Of a DNA stretch of 64,000 bases, positions 39,351 to 51,002 are shown piece by piece. Source of the stretch: Lama glama (Eukaryota); assembly GCA_028534125.1 (NCBI GenBank), contig CM052817.1:77812001-77876000 (forward strand), read 5' to 3'. The position numbers were made by a program, and so were the translations under genes. The notes below the pieces were generated by a model, which saw only the letters and a list, made by a program, of their open reading frames with translations, was not told where the DNA came from and did not search any database. How positions within the stretch are numbered: position 1 is the stretch's first letter; each line of letters opens with the position of its first letter.

Positions 39351-42300
39351 AACACATACAACATTTCCTTACTTCCATCCACAGAAGTAACCATTTTCCT
39401 GAAGTCAGTGTTGTATTATTCTACTTTCTGAACTAGTTTTATGCCTTTACATTTTGGAAGAACTCCCACTGTCACAAAGTAGTTTCTTTTTCCATTTTAG
39501 GAAATTATAAGTCTCCTTTAACAATTTTGTGTTCTAGTAGTTTCTCTTACGTGACAAAGGAATGAATTCATTCTTTGGAAAGACTAAGCTGACCAAATGA
39601 ATACTGACATTTAGGCCCATGGCCAAAAAGAAATCAGTTTCTTCCTAGCTCCACTTATGCTGTGGACATGTAAAACATAAAAGTGGAAGACAGAGTCAAC
39701 ATTCACTACAGCTCTTTAGAGTACTTACTGGCTCATTTGGCTAGCATGGAAGGAATTACAGAGAAATGTGAAACACATCACCCAGTGCTTTCTGGGAAAA
39801 GATGGCTTTTTGTACAGATATATACTCTATCCCCCAAATTCTTACATGTTGCTTTTATGGAATAAAAAAATTGAATGTGTGTGTATCTTTATCTATATAT
39901 ATATCCCATTTAATATATCATAGTAATTAATGCCCATGAAGAGAATTCGTTTTCTCATAAAGATACCCTGTGAATAGCTTTCCTTTTGGAATAAAATAAC
40001 ATTTGCATCCTCAGTATCTTTACTTTACTTTTGAAAGTGTTTAATCTTAATTACATCACTAAGTGCAGGTTGATTGATGATTACACACATCTTACCAACA
40101 GTGATAAAGAGCAATATCAGAAAGTCTAATTGCCTTTTATTCATTTTAGCTTAGACAGTCAGGCCTTTTACACTTTATCAGTTCCTAGGATCTTTTCTAA
40201 AAATTAATAAATTGACTTTCTCAATGATGTATTATGCTTGAGTATCCTGAGGGTAAAATTAACATTTGTTAACCATTTTCCCATGGCAAGAATATCCAGT
40301 ATGAGTTGCATGTGACAAATTAGTTGAATTTCAGCTTTTCTTTATCTACTATTATTTCTCTCTCCTTTTCAGAGTTGAGGGACTTTTACGTATACTTTCT
40401 TGGCTCAAAAACTCACAGATGCACTGTCCAGCCATGTTTTTGTCTCTTTTATTATGGAATTTTTTTCTATTTAAAAGAAATTTCACACAAGCATGCAATT
40501 ATGCCCAAATATATCATACCAGTATCTCATTTTTTTTACATGATGAAAAAAATTATATATCCCAGACTTGTGAATAGTAAATAGTGTGAAGTTATAGCTA
40601 AAAAACTTAGTCAAACTGATGTCTTATTGCCACCCACTGAAATTCCGTTTGTGCTGTGTTCTACCTCTTCAGTTTCGAAATTTGTAGTCGTTACCAATCT
40701 ATGTAAAGTTTCTACACGCTTAGAAAAGTACACATATTCATTCATTTTGGGAGTAGACATTTAGCCAAGCATTTAAAGTAATATAAAACTAACACAAGAT
40801 CACAGGAATTTGGATTTGTTGAATGATGTATAAACAGACCAGCGTAATTCCTGATGGTGCAAAACAGCATATAATCCAATGTCTAACAGGGTCAAATGCT
40901 TGTGCATTATAAAAGAACAAATAATTTGAGCCAAAATGGTCAGGGGAAGCTTTGTGACATTTCTGGGAGAGTAGAACCCAAATGGCACTTAGTTGGTGGG
41001 TATGTAGAGACAAGGGGAGTTGAGTATTATACTTAGGAACAGTGAAGTGTCTGATCTAGCTAAAGAAAAGGATCTACACTGGGAAATAGTGAAAACTAAT
41101 TAGTTGTGCAGGTTGCATTGCAGAGGCTCTTAAAAAGGAAATTTTCCTGAAAGAAATCTCAAGATTCTTTGAAACTTATTGAAGGTTTTTTGAGCAGATG
41201 AAAGGAATAGTAAAATCTATGGCTTAAGAAGATAAATTTAGAGCAATGTTTATTCATATATGTTCCTAGGATCATTCATTAACAAGATTCCTCCAAAAGA
41301 ATCTGCCAGGTCAAATAAATGGAGAAAATACTGAGTTTCTTTACTATGGGTCTTCTCTAAGACGTTAATATGTTAGTGGGCATTTTGATTTCCAAAAGGA
41401 AAATACAGCATTTCCCAAACCTATTTGACCATGGAACCTTTCCTAGGAAAACAACCCATGGATCAAGTATTCCATGTGTATTGGTACCAATCTCAGTCTA
41501 CAAACGGATATATGTAAGATAGGTACTGTTCCATGTTTTTAAATAACTCACTTGATTTATAGTTTAATCCTCTGTTCCCAAATTGGTAGAAATTCAAGCA
41601 CTCTATTTTCTCCATGAGTGTGTCTGTGTTCTGGAGTCTTCTAGTGCCAAGGAGTTAGGAGGTTATGGAATGTGGAATGACATTTAACTGGTCCTCTGTG
41701 TCATCTGTGTATGCCAGGCATCTGCTGAGATGTACTAATTGCTATGTGGTCCTGGGGAATTGGTTTGTACAACTGTTGCTGAGACACGTCTCATTCAAAT
41801 CCAGTGGCTCTCTTTGTTCCTTCCATACCATTCTCAGATTGATGGGAATAATTTCACTTATCTGTTCCATGTTGAGTTACAAGAAATTCTGTATGAATGT
41901 ATAATGCCCTATCTTTCTTAGACGTGTCATTTAGCTGTTTCATGAAGGCTTCCTGATTCCTCTTGTTTTCTACTCAGAAAATGGTGCACATGCCCCATAC
42001 ACCTAATTGTTTTGGGGTTTTTCCCATGAGATTTCCACCTAAATCTTTACTCTGTGCCATGAATTTTTTGTATCCTAGGAAACTAAATTTTTAAAACTCA
42101 TAAGCAACAAACAGCTCTATTTTCCTCATTCTTCTGTAGCTTCTTGTTTCTGAGAAAATGATCTAGCTGTCTCTTAAGACAGCTTAAGACAGGGAGAAAG
42201 GTAGAGGCAAGAAATATCTGAGGGAAAAAATCAATTATTTCAAAGGTATTCCTTATGACACTTCCTAATACCCTTTGGGAAATGCTGATCTAAAGAATGG

Positions 42301-42459
42301 AGGGTTAAAAACTGATGAATAAAAGTATCTGTGTGATAGAAATGCTGTCTTGTGTATCATGTGTAGTTGATGACAGTAATAGCCCTCAGTAAATAATGAA
42401 TAACTCATTATCTTTGTAGTTCTTTATGCAGTCCTCTCCTGCATCGACTCTTGAAAAGC

Positions 42460-42640
42460 CTCTCTTGCTGTTGGGAACTCCTCTTCCACCATATGAAGAA
42501 GACTGGGCTAGCTTGTTGAAGACATGGAGATCAACCCAGAGCCAGCACCAACCGACAGACACGTAAGTTAGCCCCAAGCTGCCCAGGTGAGCCTCCATCA
42601 AAGTATTAATATGAATCATAAGCAAATAAAATGACTAACC
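42460..42640 (+). mobile_element. MaLR LTR fragment (MLT1F/G-like)
   Basis: ccaccatatgaagaagactgggctagcttgttgaa...aatcataagcaaataaaatg; from memory. Confidence 0.5.
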
Positions 42641-43313
42641 CATTTTTATTGTACCAATAATAAAATGTACAATACAAAGAATGTAATACGATATGGTAAG
42701 AATCAAAGATAGAAGAGATATTTTGTAGGAAGATTTCCTCTAATACAGGTATATGGGATCAAGAAAAACAGAAAACTCAAATGGGATGAGCTGGGACCTT
42801 GGAAGGTCTTATTTTTCATTCAGTGTTCAAAAGTGGTTTTCTTAGTTTAGGGTGCCTCATATTCATTCTTCTGCCAGGAAATTCAATTATTTCTGGATGG
42901 GATCTGAGAATTTAATCCAAACTCAACAAAATCATGCAAATGTTTTGGAAAAAGAGTTTTCAGTGAGATACTTGAAGAAATAAAGAAAGAGAAAGGATCA
43001 AGTGTGATTTTGGAGATTCTGATCTTCAGTGATTTAGAAAATTGCGATAGGCAGCCAGGCAGACCCATGCTATATGGGGTCTTGGCATCATCCTTGTGCC
43101 TTTTGTAAATCACTATCACTCTCACTACTTAGATTCAAGAGGTTGTTTTGTTGTCACTGATGAAATGAAAAACTAATCGTTGTCTTAGTAAAGCACATTC
43201 TCAGATACTAGACACATCTAAATGCCTGATTAAATGGATTTTCCTAACGATTTCCTCAAAAAGCAATGAGGTAAATGTTGTAAAACTAAGAAATGTCAAA
43301 AATACGAAGGGAC

Positions 43314-43441
43314 AGTGGGGAGGATATAGCTCAGTGGTACAGCGCGAGCTTAGTATACGTGAGGTCCTGGGTTCAATCCCCAGTACCTCCATTAAAAGTA
43401 AATAAATAAAAATAGATAAACCTAGTTACCCCACTCCAAAA
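43314..43441 (+). mobile_element. tRNA-derived SINE (camelid vic-1 type) with TSD
   Basis: Box A tagctcagtgg, box B gggttcaatcc, AT-rich tail; TSD aaaaataYgaagggac at 43298-43313 and 43442-43457. Confidence 0.88.
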
Positions 43442-44025
43442 AAAAATATGAAGGGACTCATGATACACATCCCCAGGCTCTGAATCTAAACTCTGCCTTA
43501 TAAAATGGACTGCTGCAAGTTAGCTGTGATTAGCTAGGCTCAAAAAATACTAGCTCTAGTCTCAGAGGAACTTCTACTAGCCCTATTAGTTAGTTGCTTT
43601 TTTACAAATTTATTTTACATACATTATTATCTTTACAATACTCCTAAAATTTTGATGTTATTTTTTATTCACATTTTAGAGATGAAGAAACTGAAACTGA
43701 GCTAAAATAATTGGCCAGAATGAACACAACTGATAAATAGTGGCACAGGAGTTTATAGTCTGGAAAGGTTGTTTAACATCATCAAGTCCCTTTTTCTCAA
43801 TGATGCTGGTTCTTTTCAACCTTGTTTCAAAGGCACTGGAAACCAGCGGTGCCTCAGGGACCACTGAGCAGAAAAGCAGGGGGCAGGAAAGAAACCAGGC
43901 ATTGCTCTGGGCCCCTCACTCTAGTTTCAGCAGAACACATCTGGTACATATGAGTTCCATTTAAAGTTTTGTTTGAAAAAATTCCCAAATGCTGTATTAT
44001 GCCGTGATGTTCCCTAATGGCTGTA

Positions 44026-44358
44026 CTAACAACTTCTTGAAGTCAGACCTGTGTTATCCTTTCCTTTGGCCCCAAAAAGTGTGAAACCTCCCCTGACCAG
44101 GAGCAGATGGAAATCATTGCCCTTGGGATGTGCTTTGGGCTCCAGAATGGCACTGTCTAAGGATCTCCCATGACCCTTGGCAGCCTTGCTGTCTTTCTCA
44201 CCAAAGCCAATTAAATCATCCTGAGTACCTGTAGCCTTCTCACTGTTACTAGTAACATCACCATTATCACAACTTGCTGACCTGTCTCCCAAGAGGAGAG
44301 TGATCTCTTCCCCAAATATCTTGAGGCAGTTTTCAATGAAAAATTTTACAAAAGAAAT
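44026..44358 (-). CDS. ARHGAP20-like exon: end of RhoGAP domain, then open to a TAG (possible terminal exon)
   Basis: tttgtgttatag|ATT TCT TTT; ISFVKFFIENCLKIFGEEITLLLG vs recalled VSLLIQFLIENCLRIFGEEITSLF; frame open to stop at 44028-44026; the true 3' boundary is uncertain (a weak donor ACAG|gtactc exists near 44228). Confidence 0.75.
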   Translation of the reverse strand: MSFVKFFIENCLKIFGEEITLLLGDRSASCDNGDVTSNSEKATGTQDDLIGFGEKDSKAAKGHGRSLDSAILEPKAHPKGNDFHLLLVRGGFTLFGAKGKDNTGLTSRSC

Positions 44359-45579
44359 CTATAACACAAAAGGGCAAAGTGGGCTGTTCTTTTACATATG
44401 GCATAATTATAAATCACATTTCATATATGAATCTTGGATCTAAAAATATGTAAGAGAATTCTGAGAAAAATTCAGAGTTGATTATATATATGTATATATA
44501 CACACACACACACAAACCAGTTTTCTCTAAGAAATAACTGATACTTTCAGGAGTACTTTGGGTACAGATTTTAAAATTATTTTAATCAGTGGGCTAAAGT
44601 TATAATTTATGGCATAGTTCACTAGCTAACATTTTTATAACAATGGTTACATCTTTAAACCTGGGATAATTTTCAAGTAACCCACAAAGGATACTTGGGG
44701 TGAAGATGTATATTCTCTTATTAAATTTTATTTATTTGTTTTTTATTTAAAATTTTTCCAGTTTTATTGAGATATAATTGACATACAGTGTCTTATTACA
44801 ATTTGTAAAGCATCCAATAGACAAAAACTTGTGAAATTCACTTCTTAAATGAAGAAATATCTGAAGCTTAGGAAGCAGAGATTTCTGTGTTTTTCTTGTG
44901 AAGGGAGGAAGCAGCTGGAGAGAAAATGTCTGTTAGTCTAACCGCATTGCCTTGTCTCATGCTTGCTGTCTGGGTGAGCTTGGGGAAGAGCTGTGATCTT
45001 ATTAGGCATGCTGTGGCTCTATTAGGATGTTCTGAAATCTTTTACTAGTTTCCTCATCCTGAATTGGAGGCAAAATAGTAGCCAAGTACCTTCTGAATGA
45101 CCACAACTGGCAGAGGAAGGCCAGTGCGTGGGGAGCCATGAGTGCTCACATTGCCCAAGCCACCAAGATGTGCCAGCAGTGACCAGAAGAGCTGTGTGCT
45201 GTCGTCATTATGTACTGATGAAACCATGGCTTGGAAATGGCCCTAGTTCACACTCCTTCAGTGATGAAGCTGAGAGTTCAACTTTGGCTGTCAGACTCTG
45301 AAGCTCAGGTTCTTTTCTATCACATCATCCTACTCTTATCTGTCTATAGTTTAGCCTCCTGGATGAGAAAGGAGAAGTGATTCAACTACTTTCAATTTCC
45401 CACTTAACAACCCACCTTCCCATACCCCTCCAGAGTAGCGTAAATGACTCTGCCACTCCAGGGGAGCTTAATTTAAATGTGCCCTTTAAAAAACTGGTCC
45501 ATCAGAGTTAATACCACAAACTTCAGGTTCAAAATGGGGACTGTGCCCCAGAAGGCATAACAATGAGAGATTTCATTAC

Positions 45580-45769
45580 CTTTTTTGTAAAGTCCTTTTC
45601 TAATTCTGAGCTGTTGGCGTTAGGTGCACAAAGAATGCTTGGGGCTATGCACACTGATAAATTATAAGCTGTCATCTGATTGGATGAGAAATATTGCTCC
45701 ATGTTGCATAACACTCCAAAAAGATATCGCAAGAGAACAACCTTGGCTCTTGGCAGCTGGTCTAAAAGC
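45580..45769 (-). CDS. ARHGAP20-like RhoGAP exon (acceptor reads AA)
   Basis: LLDQLPRAKVVLLRYLFGVLCNMEQYFSSNQMTAYNLSVCIAPSILCAPNANSSELEKDFTKK|gtaatg; NxMxxxNL RhoGAP motif; the in-phase acceptor position 45771-45770 is AA. Confidence 0.88.
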
Positions 45770-46304
45770 TTAAACAGAAAAAAACGCACTTCTAAATAAA
45801 GCAAGTCATTTTGCTTGGGAAGTGGAAACACAGAGACAGAGAACAGAGTACTTCTTTGTATACCATGTACACAATCCAGTCTCGCAGAGTTCCAAGTGTG
45901 AATGCACACAAAAATGTCTCATTGAATTCAGTTCCTGAACCAGATAAGAACCTCTAGTTGGTTGTTTGACGAAGTTAAGAGCATATCATTGGCAGATTGG
46001 TCCTCTAGCATCTCTTTTTAGAGCAATGGATTTAATCTCCAACAGTTTTATGTATTCAGAAGGTATAAAATGGTCACAAATTCCATATTAATAAGATTAG
46101 GAGAAAAACAAGAATTCAGTAACAGCAGTAAGGCACGCACCTGTTTCTAAACTGGCCTCCATGGGTATAAGCAAATAAAACCCTTTGATATTGGTCATTA
46201 TTTTAGTGGACAAAGTGTAAACTATATAACCTAATATTTTCCTAAGAGAATGCTGGTTGTATTTTTGAGGTGTGACCAGAGTAGAGTAACTACTGCATCA
46301 TTAC

Positions 46305-46414
46305 CTCTGGGTTGCAGTTATTTTCTCCTCCTCGTTCCCTTGATCAAGAACACTGAGCCATTTATCATAGAGACTGGCTGAAAATGCACTTCCATGGATA
46401 TTTCGAAGAAAATC
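46305..46414 (-). CDS. ARHGAP20-like RhoGAP exon
   Basis: tatgtaag|GAT TTT CTT CGA...CAG AG|gtaatg; DFLRNIHGSAFSASLYDKWLSVLDQGNEEEKITATQ(R); 110 bp, phase 0 to 2; not in the ORF track. Confidence 0.9.
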
Positions 46415-48345
46415 CTTACATAGATAAAATATATATTAAGATGATGATAAATGTATATTGGAGAAATTAGATAGAAAATATTTAGTTGAAAAATTCAGTT
46501 CAGTCTCCACTTCCTTCACAACTCCCAGACAGTGACCCACGCAGAGCTTGGCTCTGACCCTCTACAGACTTGCACACCCAGAAGCAGGTGCTCAGATTTT
46601 CTCCAACTAAAATTAGAAGCATAAAAGTAGAGTCTGGGCTGTAGTGAGAGTGAAGATAAAGCCCCTTCTATCACCTGGCACTTACTCTTCGTGTACATTT
46701 TAGCACACTAGTACAAACTGACAAGGTCTGGTGATAACTCATCCTAAATCCTATTAGTTTCTTGAAAAGAAATGCTCATACCCACTTTACTTGTTTACTT
46801 TGGACACAGTTCTTGCTCTTAATTCAAGCAAGAGAAGTTCTGAAACAAAACACACACCTCCACACACTCTTGCACACATATTGAGAGAACTGGGCTTCCT
46901 GACTTGAGGTATGTATGCTCCTTGGGAAAAAACCATAATAGCTTCAGTCTTCCTTTTTAAATAACTGTATAAAAGTTCAGTTCTGCAGACTTTTAGGCAG
47001 CAGGTGTTAGAAATATATCACAATCCCCAATGAGTACCTACACATTGCCCCTTACAACTCCTTGAATGGAACATATTCTCCCAAAAAAAGGAAACAAAAT
47101 TTAGATATAACTTCAGGCCTCTGAATATCAGAGATAGAAGTATGCAAATGTAAGCTTCCTAAGTGGAGGCCTGGAAAATCTGTCACTTTAGAGGGCTGAT
47201 CATCAAGTCTTAATATCATAGAATTGGACCTATTAAAATGTGTGAAGTTGTAATGTTTTGTGCAAGACTGAGGGGAAATTTTTACATCACCTTGCTAGTT
47301 TCAAAAGAGCACCTTGCTTCCACTGGTCTCACTACATAGCCTAGGACTTCTCTGAATAGTAACTTGTTCAGGAAATGCCTTCACACAACGATCATGATTA
47401 TAATCCAGTAAGTATCCACTTGTTCCAATACTTACTGAGCCGCTTTTTGTGCCAGGCACTCTTCTGAGTACTGGGGGTAGAGCAATGAAGTCAATGGACA
47501 AAGTCTCTGTCCTCTCATACCTTTACTGTGTTATTGGTACACAGTCCCCACTCTTGGTCATTAGGATTTTTCACTGTGTTTCCTGTGGTGCGACCTCGGC
47601 ATATTTGGGAGTTTTTGTTCTGGGAGTCTGGGAGGGGACAGCAGGGCCCTTTGCCTGATGTGTACTGAACTGCTTGCATTTAGAGCATGTGTCTCCTCTT
47701 TCCTGGACCCTGTGCTGTAGAGTCCATTGCTGAGGCTGAGTGTGGTTCAGCCAGAACATGACCCAAGCAGAATATGCCAAGGATATTTGCTGTTAGACCT
47801 CTGTTTATAGATAGTTTAATGGCACACTCAATGTGGTATTGATGATATATTCATTTCTGGTTTAGAACAACTCTCTGATTAGTTGACATGTGGTAATATC
47901 AAGGCCAAGGGTGCATAGTCTGATTCCCCATCAAGATCAGTCAACTTTAGGAATGTCTAAGAACTGTACCCATGAGTAGCCAGCCTCTTGCAAGTCTGTG
48001 CTTACAATGTGGAAATAAGCAAGAGCGTAACTCTTACTAGAAAATCAAATCAACCAGTTTCATGTGTGTACCTTGTAAAGGGCAACACTTGTCCTGCTTT
48101 TTGCATACCTAGTGTGTATTATTATTTGCTAGTATGGTAGGAGTCAACTCTAAGTCATTTCTGAACTGTTGCTGTTTATCACACAATCAAATTATGATTG
48201 AACATTAATTAATAGGGAACAAGGAATGTAACCGAATTTCTAAGATAATTTTAATAACCTGTTTGTAGTCACTACTACATTAACATATTTTTGTTCAGAG
48301 CTGCTAATAAGTACCAAGATGGATTGATTAAATTCATTCTCTGTT

Positions 48346-48481
48346 TGGGGAGGATATAGCTCAAGTGGTAGAGCACATGCTTAGCATGCAGGAGGTCCTG
48401 GGTTCAATCCCCAGTGTCTCCTCTAAGAATAAATTAAGAATAAATAAGTAAACCTAATTACCTCCCCCTACCAAAAAAAAA
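48346..48481 (+). mobile_element. tRNA-derived SINE (camelid vic-1 type), intronic
   Basis: ggggaggatatagctcaagtggtagagcacatgcttagcatgcaggaggtcctgggttcaatcccc...aaacctaattacctccccc plus A-tail; similar to the 43314 copy. Confidence 0.88.
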
Positions 48482-49321
48482 GTGATAACAATTCTATCTT
48501 GGTTCCATTACTCCCCTTGTACAAATGTAACTGGATACTTGTGATTTAGCTGTATCATTTGAAAATCAATCCATTTCTTATATACATCAATTGAATTTTC
48601 AGAATTCCAAACTCATTTTGACTGCTGCACCCACTTTAAAAGACAGATTTATAAGAAGAGACATGTGGTGGTAGGAGCTGATCACTATGTAACTATAACC
48701 ATGGGTGGTAGGTTAAACATAACAAATGTTAACAAAGGATGCCAAAGGTGGTGAAAGGAGGTTAAAGGAGGCACAAATGGTGTAGTCATCCCTATACTAA
48801 TTTCAAAGTAAAAGGCATTAAGAGACAAGGGAAGGGAGGTCGAAGAAGTCATCAGAGATTTTGGTGGCCTTAGTGAGCATTTTTTGATTTGTCATAAAGC
48901 TAATGTTTACTTTCTTTGGTAAACTTCTATAACTATTTCCAAAAGCTTAATATGAATTTTCTTTTCGAAACTTTGTCTTCATTAGGAACGTGGTGAGGAA
49001 GTCATCAAAAGCAGAAAGCTCGTTTTTGTACATCATATATGGGTGTGTGTTTGCAATTTATTATCATTACTATTTTTCTTCATGGAGGGTTCATGAATGA
49101 AGATGGAGAGGGTGTTGTGTGATGAAAAAGGAAAGCACACCTAACATACGGGACTCTTAACCTCTAAAGAAGCTTCCTTTCATTCTGAGTCTGTGAGGTG
49201 TCTTTCAGCTTTTCAGATCCTTCGTCTGTTATTCCTGTTGTTCTTGGGCAGTTATGATGTAGGGCCGGTCATACAGCTTCAGAGTTACTCTGTGTGTGGA
49301 TAATGCTAGAACTTTTCCCAC

Positions 49322-49483
49322 CTTTAAGACGGATGCCACCACAAGAATGGACTGATCATCCAAGTGTGCTTTGTCCCCAGAATTCAGTTTCTCCTTTAGG
49401 GCTCTGCATGATTTTATACTGGCTGATTTTCTGAAGATGCCTTCTGTGAGCAGATCTTTTACATTGATAAAATAGAGCACATC
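49322..49483 (-). CDS. ARHGAP20-like RhoGAP exon containing the arginine finger
   Basis: ccctatag|GAT GTG...TTA AAG|gtggga; DVLYFINVKDLLTEGIFRKSASIKSCRALKEKLNSG...VASVLK; EGIFR arginine-finger motif intact; 162 bp. Confidence 0.92.
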
Positions 49484-50826
49484 CTATAGGGAAGAAAATA
49501 CGAGAAAAGTATATGGTATTTGATATCTACAAGCCCAGAGCGCAAGCTTGCCCTCTTTCTGAGAGAGCTGGGGTGTGTGAGTTTGCAGTGCTAGAGCTGG
49601 AGGGACTAAAGCCAATTTGGAATTTTTTCTCAGTGTCTCTAAATGTATTTTCTACCAACGATCCATTTTACATTCACACAATGAAACGTTTTAAATGCTT
49701 GTTTAATCAGATTTTCCTTTTCAGTGAATTTACACTGTTAAACTTCTCTGCTTTGAGGCCTTTGTAGAATCACCCTCTCCTCCTTCACCGGTCCTGTCTC
49801 ATTATTCCCTGATATAGATGCTCTTCCCGAAGTGTGAGAATCTTTGCCGTGCTCATTTTCCGTTTGTTACTCCCCTTTCAGTGACTGTATACCCCAGTTC
49901 CTTTATTTCCTCCCGTCTTTTAAAATCGGGCTCAAAACCCCTCACCTTCTCCTCTGATGACATTCCCTTCTTGTCAGTCTTCCCTTTGGTCTGTGGCTTA
50001 CAGAGTAGGCAGATAACAGGTTTTGGAGTCAGGTAATCCAAGGAATCTGGAATCTGTTATGCTACCTGTCTGCTGTGTGACCTTGGACACAGCACATACT
50101 TACTGAGGCTTTTTTATTTTTCATTTTTGGGGATGATGATAATCACAGCTACCCCCTAAACTTGCTATGAAAGATGCAAGGACTGGGTTAGTAGCTAGCG
50201 TGTAACTAGTATAAGTTTCTTCATATCTGGCATAAAATTCCTTACATCTAGTATAGTGCTTGGAGAGATAGTGGACGATGAATAAGCGTTAACACTGACA
50301 ATTCAATATAGTAATTTGAGGTAACACAGGCCAAATTCTGTGACTTTCATTTGACACATTCTGTCAAGATTAAACAATTCATATTTGCCAGAGGATGAGA
50401 ATTATATGCTTAAATCCTTGGATTGCAAAACAAATCCATGTGAGATTTTGAGCTGTGTAAGACTGAGTAGACTCAGCTGAAGGAGACTTGAGGCTAGGAA
50501 GGAGGTGAAGAGGGAATATAAGGATGCGGTGGACTCCCGGAGATTCATGCACACAGAGCCCATTTTAATTGATCTAAGCAAGTATATGTGGGTCTTTGCT
50601 GAAACCAGTGGAATGGACAAGAGTATCTTTTCCCATGTATACGCCTTATGGCTCTGCAGTATCTAAATCAGATGTTATTCTTTGAAGCCATATTAACAAA
50701 ACTTCTCAGCCAAAGCCAGGGGCTGTCTAAATGACTTGCCCACCTGGGGATAAGTTTGGATGAGTACACATGACTTCTCAGAGCTCTCCTCCTCAGGAGG
50801 GCTACAGAAGACCAAAATGAATCTAC

Positions 50827-51002
50827 CAGAACTAGGGTGGGCAGGTTGTCATTGTTGCACACATCCATCAGAGGAACTCCAAAGAGTTGTCCCAGCTTTG
50901 TGGTTGGTGGAGCTGGGCACTGGTTGTCCTGGCGAGTGCTGGAGCACTGCCAAAAGGCCCAGTTTTTGTCAGAACTTTTCTTAACTGCCTTCTGACCTGG
51001 AT
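50827..51002 (-). CDS. ARHGAP20-like exon (linker and start of RhoGAP domain)
   Basis: ctccattag|AT CCA GGT...GTT CTG|gtagat; NWAFWQCSSTRQDN...GQLFGVPLMDVCNNDNLPTLVL, with the typical LFGxxL RhoGAP entry motif; 176 bp, open. Confidence 0.88.

Noticed and set aside
43317..43390. tRNA gene (Ala-like); likewise 48347-48420
   Set aside because: tRNA-like head is followed by the SINE AT-rich body and A-tail (with a TSD in the first copy); a SINE, not a tRNA.
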